DNA from: Octopus vulgaris
Taxonomy: Eukaryota
DNA: 64,000 bases
Reading direction: 5' to 3'
Assembly (NCBI GenBank): GCA_951406725.2
Contig: OX597817.1
Coordinates: 26,102,001 to 26,166,000, forward strand
Under the pieces are notes generated by a model. That model ran no database searches and was not told the origin of the DNA. It saw only the letters and a program-made list of their open reading frames with translations. The position numbers were made by a program, and so were the translations under genes. Positions 53,231 to 64,000 of this stretch are shown piece after piece (position 1 is the first letter of the stretch; the number at the start of each line of letters is the position of its first letter).

Positions 53231-55080
53231 TGTTGAAGGGAACGTTATTTTTGTTGTGGTGAGAGTTACGACGCCTCATTTGCGAGAGATAGACTGGTCT
53301 GAGTAAAGTATAAACAGTAACAATCTGAAAAAGTTCAGAGCTCAGAGACGAGTGAAGTTCGTCTTAGTTCACGGTGAAGTAGGAAGGTGTCGGTTGCTTA
53401 GTTCACAAGAAATATTGATTGTTGTTACGTAAAGAGATTTGTTAGTTCGTTACATTGTTTTTACTGCTGTCTGGTTATGATATTTATTGGACGTAACAAA
53501 TTATATTACATCTTGCGACGATGATTTTTGAAGCTCATGTAGGTTATTTAACAATTTGTTCGTGATACAACTTTTTAAATAATGGATGACCTATTAGCTT
53601 CCATAGTACAGTTGCAAAAGCAACAAGAGAAGCGACATGAGTTGAAGAAGCAACTATTACAACAAGTCTTGGAGCTATATTCAAAGAAGTTCAAAAATGA
53701 GGTAAGTTCGTTTGGCCAGCCGGCGTTTCGAACTCGATTAATGAATTCAGTTATAACCCAGAGGAGGGTATAACTTTTGCACCGTACTATAGATTGTACG
53801 GGGAGATTTTTAAGCAAGATTGCCAATTATGGTCGGACGAACAAAAATGAGATTGTTATTGTGGAAATTATCTCCGTTACAGCATGAACGTTATTGTAAT
53901 TTCATATTGCCGAAAAAACCCAATGAGATTTATTTTAAAGAAACTATAGAACTATTTCTCTATTTAATACTTGGATGGAGTGTTGGAATATAACGAAAAA
54001 AGAGAATGATGATTTTATCACATACGCAAGAACAGTCAACAGGATATATGAAAATTTTAAACTCAAAGAACCTACACCTGAGATGTTCAAATGTCTTGTT
54101 TTCGTACAAGGCCTTATAGCAAGCGAAGATACAGAAATTCGAGCACGAGTTCTTTCTAAATTGAAACAAGCGAACCAAGATCTAACCTTACAGTTCATGA
54201 CAGAAGAATGCCAAAGGATGGGTAAACCTGAAACACGATGTAGAAAAAATTCAAGAAAAGAATTTCTCAAAAATACAGATATACCGACAGGAAAAGTACA
54301 ACCAAAAGAGTGTGACGTGCCCTATTCCATGTTATGGATGAAAGGGCATACATTTAAGAAAAGAATGTCCATTAAAAAATCAAAAATGTTACAGTTGCAA
54401 AAATGATTGTACACAATAGTTCACACTGCAGAACAAAATTACGAAGGTCAAATGTTAAAAATCCTAGAGTGCTCTCTACAGAAACAAATATTGACTCCCA
54501 AATAAGGAAATTCGTACACGTAAAAGTAAATGGAATATATATTAAACTTTAATTAGATACTGGAAGTGATATTTCAATAACAAATATGGACACGTGAAAG
54601 AAAATAGGGGAGCCTGTGTTGAGAAAAACAGCGAAATCTGTTCGTAGAATGATGGGCGACAAATTACATTTCATAGGCGAAATGTGGACTAATGTCACAT
54701 TTCGAGGGAAAACATGCAAGGCAAAAATATTCGTCATTAGAAATGCAACCGATCTGTTTGGTACCGATTGGTTAGAATTATTCTATTTATGGGACCTCTC
54801 CATAAATCTCTATTATAAATGGTGTCCCTCTAAAAATAGTTCATCTGAGGACTTTAAGAGCAAATTTTTTAAAATGTTTCTACCAGTACTCTTGAACAAA
54901 CTAGGTCTAAGCACAAAAGCTGAAGCGAGTTTTGAATTAATGGATAATGTTACACCTGTGTTCAAGCCTAAAAAGAAAGTGTCTTTTGTGGCAATAAAGT
55001 AAGTAGACAATGAGTCGGACAGATTGGAAAAAAACGGAATCATTGAAAAAGTGGATTACGCGAAATGGATAACTCCAACT
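53231..55080 (+). mobile_element. Ty3/Gypsy (Mag/K02A2.6-like) remnant: probable 5' LTR, PBS, gag, protease, start of RT
   Basis: ..TACA at 53510, then PBS-like tgcgacgatga (compare TGGCGACGAGGA); gag FKCLVFVQGL...EIRARVLSKL; decayed zinc knuckles; LDTGSDISI near 54552; DRLEKNGIIEKVDYAKWITP. LTR start is uncertain. Confidence 0.85.
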
Positions 55081-55198
55081 GAGAGCCCATGGTCCAGGAT
55101 ACAAACAAGAGCACATATCCGAGGTACACATAACTGTGCTCGGTAGTGCAGTAAAAGCATGTGATAAAAATAAGACTACTGAATAATAATAATAATAA

Positions 55199-55702
55199 AA
55201 TGTAACGATTCTGTGGGACTTTCCAGTACATACAGACCGAACCATCAAAGCCAATAAACCAGATATTGTTGTGAAAGACAAAAACAATAAAGTTTGATTA
55301 TTGATCGACATGAGCATCCCCTGTGATCATAATATCTCGGCGAAAGAGTTTGACAAGCTCAGAAAATATAAAGATCTGCTCATTGAAATTGAGAAAATGT
55401 GGCATCTCAAGGCGGTTACAATACCAGTGATCGTAGGAGCACTAGGAATGATCAAGAAGGGAACCGAAAATTATATGAGAATGATCCCTGGCTTACCATC
55501 CCTGCAAGAAGTGCAAAAGATTATCTTAACTGGTACATCACACGTATTGAGAAGAGCATTGTCGATGTGAGAACTATTACTACCCATGTATTTTAATTTA
55601 ACTTAAAAAAAAAAATGAACGAACTAGTGTATACTCATGTATACTATGAATTTCTCTGCCCTAGGAGTCTGGAAGACACTCGGCAAGAAATGGAAGCAAA
55701 TA
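55199..55702 (+). mobile_element. R4/Dong-like 3' fragment (RLE) after (AAT)n
   Basis: ILWDFPVHTDRTIKANKPDIVVKDK..LIDMSIPCD.N...KE.DKL.KYKDL..EI.KMW...PVIVGALG...LRRALSM. Confidence 0.92.
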
Positions 55703-55704
55703 AG

Positions 55705-56120
55705 AGGCTGTGATCATGAATGATGATTATGTGATTTTAGTGGATATCTCCTAAGAGAAGGATCATAATATTCAAGCAAGTGTTTATATGAGCACGAAGG
55801 ACAGAATGAATCACTGCAGGTCATTGACTTTGTAATACTATATTGTAACAGAATGTAGGAAGCTGAGAAAACTGAGGAATATCAGGACCTAGCTAAAGAG
55901 ATGAAGAAATTGTGTTATACAAAGGTGAAAACTATTCCTGTTGTAATTTGATACAATATCTAAATGCTACGTAAGAGGCTGAGGATTACTAAAATTGAGA
56001 CAAGCATTGACAGCCTACAGAAAAGTACAATCTTTTATTCTACAAGAATCCTATGAAAGATTTTCGAGATTTGAAGAGAGTTGTCAACAAACCACAGGAG
56101 AAAATACTGAAATATAATAG
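55705..56120 (+). mobile_element. Degenerate R4-like RLE fragment
   Basis: CRSLTL/VIDF region, EKTEEYQDLAKEMKKL, LQKSTIFYSTRIL motifs. Confidence 0.6.
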
Positions 56121-56211
56121 CTTTTGTGTAGTAGTAGAAGTAATAATAATGATGATGATAATAAAAATAATAATGATGATGATGATGATAATAATGATGA
56201 TGATAATAATG

Positions 56212-56243
<32 letters not shown>

Positions 56244-56314
56244 CATGATAATGATGATGAAGACGACAATGATGATGATAATGATGGCAACAACAGCAAC
56301 AACAATAATAATAC

Positions 56315-56562
56315 TCCTATCTAGTAAAGGCACAAGGTCTGAAATGTGGGGGGGATGAGACTAGTTGATTACATCAACCCCAGTGTTTCACTGGTGCTTA
56401 ATTTATCAAGCCCTAAAGGATAAAAGGCAAAGTCGACCTCAGTAGAATATGAACTCAGTATATGGAGACAGACAAAATACCTTCAAGCATTTTGTGCAGT
56501 GCACTGAATAATGATAAGGATAACAACAACAATAATAATAATAATAATTATTATTTTTTTAA

Positions 56563-56602
<40 letters not shown>

Positions 56603-56985
56603 GTTATTATTTCAAATTTGCCATAAGGACAGCTTGGGGGAGGTGGGGACAAGTCGATTACATTGACCCCAGTGTTCAAGTGGTACTTATTTTATCGGTC
56701 CTGAAAGGATGAAAGACAAAGTCGACCTCGGCAGAATTTGAATTCAGAAAAAATAGCTATTTCTTTACTACCCACAAGGGGCTAAACACAGAGAGGACAA
56801 AAAAGGACAGACAAACGGATTAAGTCGATTATATCGACCCCAGTGCATAACTGGTTCTTATTTAATCGACCCTGAAAGGACGAAAGGCAAAGTCGACCTA
56901 GGCAGAATTTGAACTCAGAACGTAGCGGCAGACAAAATACTGCTTAGTATTTCATCTAGCATGCTAACGATTCTGCCAGCTCGCC

Positions 56986-56986
<1 letters not shown>
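56315..56986 (-). mobile_element. Three SINE family B copies (56315-56500, 56615-56748, 56757-56986) among (AAT)n
   Basis: gaccccagtg...gaaaggcaaagtcgacc motif three times. Confidence 0.85.
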
Positions 56987-57051
<65 letters not shown>

Positions 57052-57836
57052 TAATAAAAATAATAATAATGTTCAGTAGAGTTGTGGTGATGCTGAGAAA
57101 TGTGTTCAGACTAAGGCCAACAGAATTTAACTCAAAAGTGAAGTGGACTGGACAAGAAGCACCTTTCTTTATCATCTCACTGTTTATCTTACTGCTCTAA
57201 TCTGACCAAAATACAAACCTCTCTCTTCCTCATCTTTTTCTTCCGCTCCTTCCTTCTATTCTTTGTCTTCCTCTTCTCCTTCGCCTTACTCTCTTGTCTT
57301 CTACTTTCCCTAATCTCCTATTCTTCCTTCTTCTCTTATTCTACATCCTCTTTTTTTCTTTTTTTTCTTCTTCCTTTCCTTATTCTTCATCCTCCTCCTC
57401 TTCCTTCGCAATCCTGTACTTTTATAGCTTTTATAATTTTGTTGATGCAATGAACCTCATCCTCCACCGTTGCTTTCTGTATTTATCTATCCCATCAACA
57501 CGTCAATTTCTATTCTTTTATTTTTTGACTTTACAATCTACCTCACTTCACCCCACAAAACCACTCATATTTAAATGATCTATCTAACTATCTTAACATT
57601 ATGTTTATCCTGTCACACCATTTTCAATTAATTTCTTCTTAACACTTGAAATTGAATACACAGACTCTGGGCAGTTCTATTTTTATTTTTTACTTTTATG
57701 CTTATACTTTTGTCGTGTGTGTATTGTGTGTGTGTGTGTGTGTGTGTGCGTGTGTAAGGAGGAGTTGTTTATATTTTTGATCTCAGTTTTGCCACTAACA
57801 ACATTTGCAAATGACATCTAGGTTGGAATTTAAATG

Positions 57837-57887
<51 letters not shown>

Positions 57888-57910
57888 GTATGTATGTATA
57901 TATATGTATG

Positions 57911-57963
<53 letters not shown>

Positions 57964-57986
57964 ATATATATATATATGTATGTATG

Positions 57987-58021
<35 letters not shown>

Positions 58022-58210
58022 ATATATATATGTATGTATGTATATATATATATATGTATATATGTATATATATATATATGTATGTATGTATATATGTATA
58101 TATATATATATGTATGTATGTATATATGTATATATATATATATGTATGTATGTATATATGTATATATATATATATGTATGTATGTATATATATATATATA
58201 TGTATGTATG

Positions 58211-58241
<31 letters not shown>

Positions 58242-58312
58242 ATATATATATATGTATGTATGTATATATATATATATATGTATGTATGTATATATATATA
58301 TATGTATGTATG

Positions 58313-58345
<33 letters not shown>

Positions 58346-58360
58346 ATATATATATATATG

Positions 58361-58403
<43 letters not shown>

Positions 58404-58611
58404 ATGTATATATATACATGTATATACGTGTATGTACATATGTTTGTACATATATATAGATAGACAGACAGATACAGATATATGTGTAGGCACATGCTAT
58501 ATGATAATGTGTAGTTATACATTTACATATATATATATATATATACATAAATACATATATATATATGAATACATATATATATATATACATATATATGTAT
58601 GTATATATATG

Positions 58612-58646
<35 letters not shown>

Positions 58647-59339
58647 GTATATATATATGTATGTATATGTATATATATATATATATATATACATGCACAC
58701 ATGAGCACACACACATATGCGCATGCACACATAGAAAAAAACATACTTGGGATACTTGACATTTTTTTTATAATGTTGTCATTCATTAGAGCAAGAAAGT
58801 GTAAGGAAATAAAACAGACGACCATATTAAAATTTTAGAAAATATAAAACAGGAATGCAAAATAAGTTGTAGATTAAAAAATTGGAACATTGGGATGTGG
58901 TTAATATTGTCTGAGCTCAAATTGTCTTTGCTAAGGGAAACTGGAACAATTGATGTATTTACACAGTAGGATGGAGGGTGAAGCAGTTTGCTTCACATTC
59001 ATGAGATCCCAGGTTCAATCCTACTATACGACCACTTAGGTAATGCCTTTTACTATATCCTTGGGTCAACCCATGTCTTGTGAGTGAAAGGGAAAAGACG
59101 AAAACTGTGCACAAGTCAGTTGGGATGATTGTGCTTGTAATTGAAAGGTCCTCTTTTGTACCATACTATGTGACCTTGTTTCTGCCTGAAAATTGCATTA
59201 TGGGTTCATGCATCTGTGGAATATTCAACCACTTGCATAGAAATTCAATTAGGAAGTAGGTCATTGTCATGCTCCTGTGACTAATATAAGAAGCTACAGT
59301 TACAATAATAATAATAATAATAATAATAATGATGATAAT

Positions 59340-59552
59340 CCTTTCTATTATAGGCACAAAGCCTGAAATTTGTTGGGAGGGGAATAGTCAATCACATCAA
59401 CCCCAGTACTTGACTGGTACTTAATTTATCAACCCCAAAAGGATGAAAGCCAAGTTGACCTCAGCAGAATATGAACTTGGAATTTATTGATGGGTGGAAT
59501 ACCAATAAGCATTTTGTCCAGTATGCTAACAATTCTGCCAGCTCGCTGCCTT
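59340..59552 (-). mobile_element. SINE family B variant
   Basis: Head ggcagcgagctggcagaa on the minus strand. Confidence 0.8.
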
Positions 59553-60109
59553 CTATAATAATGATAATAATAGGCATTTTCAATACAGTGAACATAACAG
59601 TACCAAAACAAACCAAGGCACACAAGGCTGTGTTCAGTACTACAGTGAAAACACATGATAAAAATAAGACTACTGAATAATGGTAATGATGATAATAATA
59701 ATAATAATAAACCAGTTGAGCATGTCCCTTAGTGGCTGACGATATGTGCATCTCTGATCATGAGCAGAAGTAGTGGGGGAGCATCATGGCCATGTGTTGA
59801 GGGGGATTCTTTGGGGTTTGAATAATTCACCTCTGGAAACATGGGTGGTTCTTTCAACATCCTTAAACAACCCTTATTCAGGGACCTTTTGAGCGGGATG
59901 GGCTACTCAACCTGAAGAAAATTCTAACTGGGCCCCACCTGCAAGGTCATGTGCTGTTTATCTTGATATGAGATCACCATGTCGCGCACATATGGTTGTG
60001 ATTCATGTGCCTGGTGTACCTTTATCAGACGGGTAGTCATGATGGGTATATTGGGCTTCGTATATTTTACCCCAGTGTCACTTTGATGGCATGCACTGCT
60101 CTCTCACTC

Positions 60110-60136
<27 letters not shown>

Positions 60137-60142
<6 letters not shown>

Positions 60143-60545
60143 CAAGTATAAAGATCTTGAAATAGAAATTAGCAAAATGTGGAACCTGAAGACTAAAACA
60201 ATACCTGTTGTCATAGGTGCCCTGGGACTGATAGCAAAAGGGGCTGATTGCTACCTGGCTCAGATACCAGAAAATCCCAAAATGGCAGAAATTCAAAAGA
60301 TAGTGTACATGGGAACTGCTCATATCCTACGCAAAATACTGTCTATGTAATCTCAAGTTTTAAAGCAAACATAATTTTCTTATGGTTTCTTAAACATTCT
60401 CTAGAACAACACTATGTACAAAACCAAATATATGGCACCTTAGGCATAACACCAGCATGAACTTCCAACTTGTTGTCTCTTGAGGTCTTTGGGTGAGACT
60501 TGGAGCCAACATGTACAAATGTAAAGCAAATGTCAAACATAACAT
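60137..60545 (+). mobile_element. R4/Dong-like 3' end between (AAT)n tracts
   Basis: SKYKDLEIEISKMWNLKTKTIPVVIGALG...GTAHILRKILSM plus 3' UTR. Confidence 0.9.
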
Positions 60546-60579
60546 AATAATAATAATAATAATAATAATAATAGTTACT

Positions 60580-61012
60580 TGAATGTCTCTTTTGATCACA
60601 ATATTGTAGCAAACAAGAATTTAACAAGCTCAGAAAATATAAAGATCAGGTCGTTGAACTCAAAGCAACATATGGTATCTCAAGGTGGTTACAATACTAA
60701 TGACCGTAGGAGCACTATGAATGATATTACAAGGAATTAAAAGTTATCTGAGAATGACCCCTGGCTTACCATTCCTGTGAGAAGTGCAAAATATTTGTTT
60801 TAACTGGTATATCATACATATTGAGAAGAGCATTGTTAATGTGAGAATGATAAACTTCCAGGCAAATATTCGTTTTCAATATCATTTTTTCGGAATTTGT
60901 AAATGTACAAACTGGTGTATTCATTTTCATGGCCTATCAATATATAGTTTCTTTGCCCCGAAGGTGTTGGGAAGACACTCGGCAAGAAATGGAAATAAAT
61001 TGAAAAATGAAA
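60580..61012 (+). mobile_element. Degenerate R4/Dong-like 3' end (same family as 55199-55702)
   Basis: acaagctcagaaaatataaagatc...ggaagacactcggcaagaaatggaa shared with the 55.2-55.7 kb copy. Confidence 0.85.
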
Positions 61013-61050
61013 CCCCTATGTCACTTTGATGCCATGCACTGTTCTCTCAT

Positions 61051-61118
<68 letters not shown>

Positions 61119-61123
61119 ATAAT

Positions 61124-61533
61124 AATGAGCAAGTATAAAGGTCTTGAAATAAAAATTAGCAAAATGTGGAACCTGAAGACTAAAACAATACCTGTTGACA
61201 TAGGTGCCCTGGGAATGATTGCAAAAGGGGCTGATTGCTACCTAACTCAGATACCAGGAAACCCCAAAATGGCAGAAATTCAAAAGATAGTGCTCATGGG
61301 AACTGCTCATATCCTATGCAAAATACTTTCTACATAATCTCAAGTTTTAAAAAACCACATAATTTTCTTATGGTTTCTCAAACATTCCCTAGAACAACAC
61401 TATGTACAAAACTAAATATATGGCACCCTAGGCATAATACCAACATGAACTTCCAACTTGTTGTCTCTTGAGGCCTCTGGGTGATACTTGGAGCCAACTT
61501 GTACATATCAAAATAGCAAAAGTCAAACATAAA
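61124..61533 (+). mobile_element. R4/Dong-like 3' end (same family as 60137-60545)
   Basis: SKYKGLEIKISKMWNLKTKTIPVDIGALG...; ends in (AAT)n. Confidence 0.9.
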
Positions 61534-61557
61534 ATAATAATAATAATAATAATAATA

Positions 61558-61590
<33 letters not shown>

Positions 61591-61612
61591 GTTATTATTG
61601 TTATTATTATTA

Positions 61613-61650
<38 letters not shown>

Positions 61651-62097
61651 TGTATTATTATTGTTATTATGGTTTCAAATTTTGCCACAATGGCAGCAAT
61701 TTGGGGGAAGAGTAAGTTGATTACATGCAGAAAAGTAGGGAATGCAATTAGTATTTACATACATATTCATAAGAAATTACAATCCATACTTGTATGAAAA
61801 ATAGACATTAAATAACAACAATTACAAAAACCTAAGGTTGGAAATATGGAGGAACCTTGGCATGGCCACTTAATTAGCAAAAGAAACAAAAATATTTCTC
61901 TCAAAACACATCTTACAATTTTTAAAATTATGAAGATTTTGGAGAGAGTAATCACTGATACAATAATAAGTATGTCAAGGCTGAAACACTTTTGAGCATT
62001 AGTCAGCTCAATCAGTATTGGCCTTGGATTAATCACATATATCTGATTTACAGATGGATATAATTTTGCTGAATTCAATTATTTACTCAAGTGTTTG

Positions 62098-62151
<54 letters not shown>

Positions 62152-62532
62152 TCTGTATGGAAAGAAATTGTTCTTTCCTATGGATATATTATCCAAGCAT
62201 ACACTAGTTTAGCACTATATCAAGGGAAATAATAGCCAAGCAAATCTTATAGCACTGGGAACAAAAGATGTAAAATTTGTGTCAAGGAAATTTACCAGAT
62301 CCTTACATCAAAATGCAAATTAATCAACAAGAGAGAAAGAGGAACTGTTGTGTTCAAAAAGTTAAATATACATTCAATAAATTTAAATAGATATGATTAG
62401 ATAAGCACTGTGTAAATAATATATAATAATAGCTAAGAATAGTTGATAAAGTTAAATATACTTTCAATAAAGTTTAAAAGATTTGGTTAAAATAAACACT
62501 GTGTATATAATACCTATGAATCATGCCCCTAT

Positions 62533-62723
62533 ATCATCATCATCATCATCATCATCGTTTAACGTCCGTTCTCCATGCTAGCATGGGTTGGACGGTTCGA
62601 CCGGGGATCTGAGAAGCCAGAAGGCTGCACCAGGCTCCAGTCTTATCTGGCAATGTTTCTACAGCTGGATGCCCTTCCTAACGCCAACCAATCCGTGAGT
62701 GTTGTGGGTGCTTTTTACGTGCC
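62533..62723 (-). mobile_element. SINE family C
   Basis: (CAT)n cgtttaacgtccg...gcccttcctaacgccaacc. Confidence 0.9.
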
Positions 62724-63816
62724 CCTATACTATAAATTAAATACTCTCAACTAATATAGAGTATATAAAACTATCAACTAATATAGATTATATTTAATAG
62801 TAACTAATATAACTTGTATGAAATATAAGTAAATAATTGTGTTGATATAAAATAAATAAATGAAAATAACAATTGGGTATGTAACTAAATTTGTCTTATC
62901 AATAATTAGAGCATAGAGGAATATGTTATAGACATTCTGATTAGTATGAATAGTAAGGGCAAGTTTGTAAGCTTAAGCATTTAATAAATTTGGCCAAAAG
63001 TGTGGAATAAGGATGAAGAGGAATGCATTATGGACATACTGAATAGGTTGAAAGATAGTGGCTAACTTGTAAATGGTTAATTAGCACTACCAAAAGAGTG
63101 AATAGTAACATGACCTACTTCTTCTGAACTGTGCATATCTGTGGTCCAGTAAGGTCAAAATCAACCTTTACCTATTTTTAGAAAAGAATCCCAGACACAC
63201 ATACTACAATTCAATAGGAATAAACTCTCCATCCATTAGGATGGGAAAAATATCAGTCAATCTATTCCGAGGAAGTTTTTTTGCATTTCTTCAATTTTTT
63301 AAGGTACTTTAAATGTGTAAATATGGATAAGAGCAATCAAACAAAATGCAGCATAGGCAATAGGAATGAACTCATTAATTCGAATGAACTCTGACAATGA
63401 ATTGGTCATTCTCTGTATGTATTCTCCATTTTCTTTTTATTGTTAAATATATATATATATATATATATATATGGAGAGAGAGAGAGATACATAGATAGAT
63501 ACAAAGACAGATATAAAGACATATATATACTAATGTACATATAGACATATATATATATACACACACACAAATATATATATACAGTACATATATATGTATA
63601 TATATATACATAAATATATATATACACAAATATTTATATATACAAATATATGTATCTATTTATGTGTGTGTGTGTATATATATACACACAAGTGCAAACA
63701 AGAGAGACAGAGAAAGGCAGAAACAAGAAAAATGCCCCTTATATTTTAACACTATACAAATATTCCTTTAAAAAACTTTTCTTTTAATTTTTCTAAATTT
63801 AATTATTTAATCGTTA

Positions 63817-63854
63817 CAGTTGAAAAGGTCTCAAAATGATCGAAACCGGTACTG
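63817..63854 (+). ncRNA. Minimal hammerhead motif, U3-A8 variant
   Basis: cag TTGAAAA ggtc-tcaaaat-gatc GAAAC cg GTA ctg; about 50 nt upstream of (AT)n. Confidence 0.65.
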
Positions 63855-63902
63855 AAATGTTCTTTATAAAATTATTTTAGCATTTTCTATCTTGACTTGT
63901 TT

Positions 63903-63939
<37 letters not shown>

Positions 63940-64000
63940 CAAATATATATTTTCATTTAGAGATAGTAGGCCCCTTCATCTCACCATATAAAAAAGAATT

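Overview
AT-rich eukaryotic, repeat-dominated DNA with no supportable host protein-coding exon. The SINE families and very dense (AT)n/(AC)n/(ATC)n/(AAT)n microsatellites look like an octopus (coleoid cephalopod) intron or intergenic region; this assignment is an inference from recalled repeat families. Nearly all ORFs in the track are microsatellite or SINE artefacts. The real content is: decayed Penelope-like elements (GIY-YIG), R4/Dong-like, HERO-like and RTE non-LTR remnants, a Gypsy gag-pro remnant with PBS, a solo LTR, a mariner remnant, a piggyBac-type MITE, and about 30 SINE copies from 4-5 families, several with TSDs. Most notable are (i) at least 8 type I hammerhead-ribozyme motifs, several inside fold-back insertions from 185 bp to 3.6 kb, including U3-A8 core variants; (ii) tandem arrays of a ~60-bp two-hairpin unit with conserved stems and variable loops; (iii) a tRNA-Ser fragment fused to a retroposon tail; (iv) a (TAA)n-linked stack of R4/Dong 3' ends. 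Boundaries of decayed elements are approximate and were read by eye.
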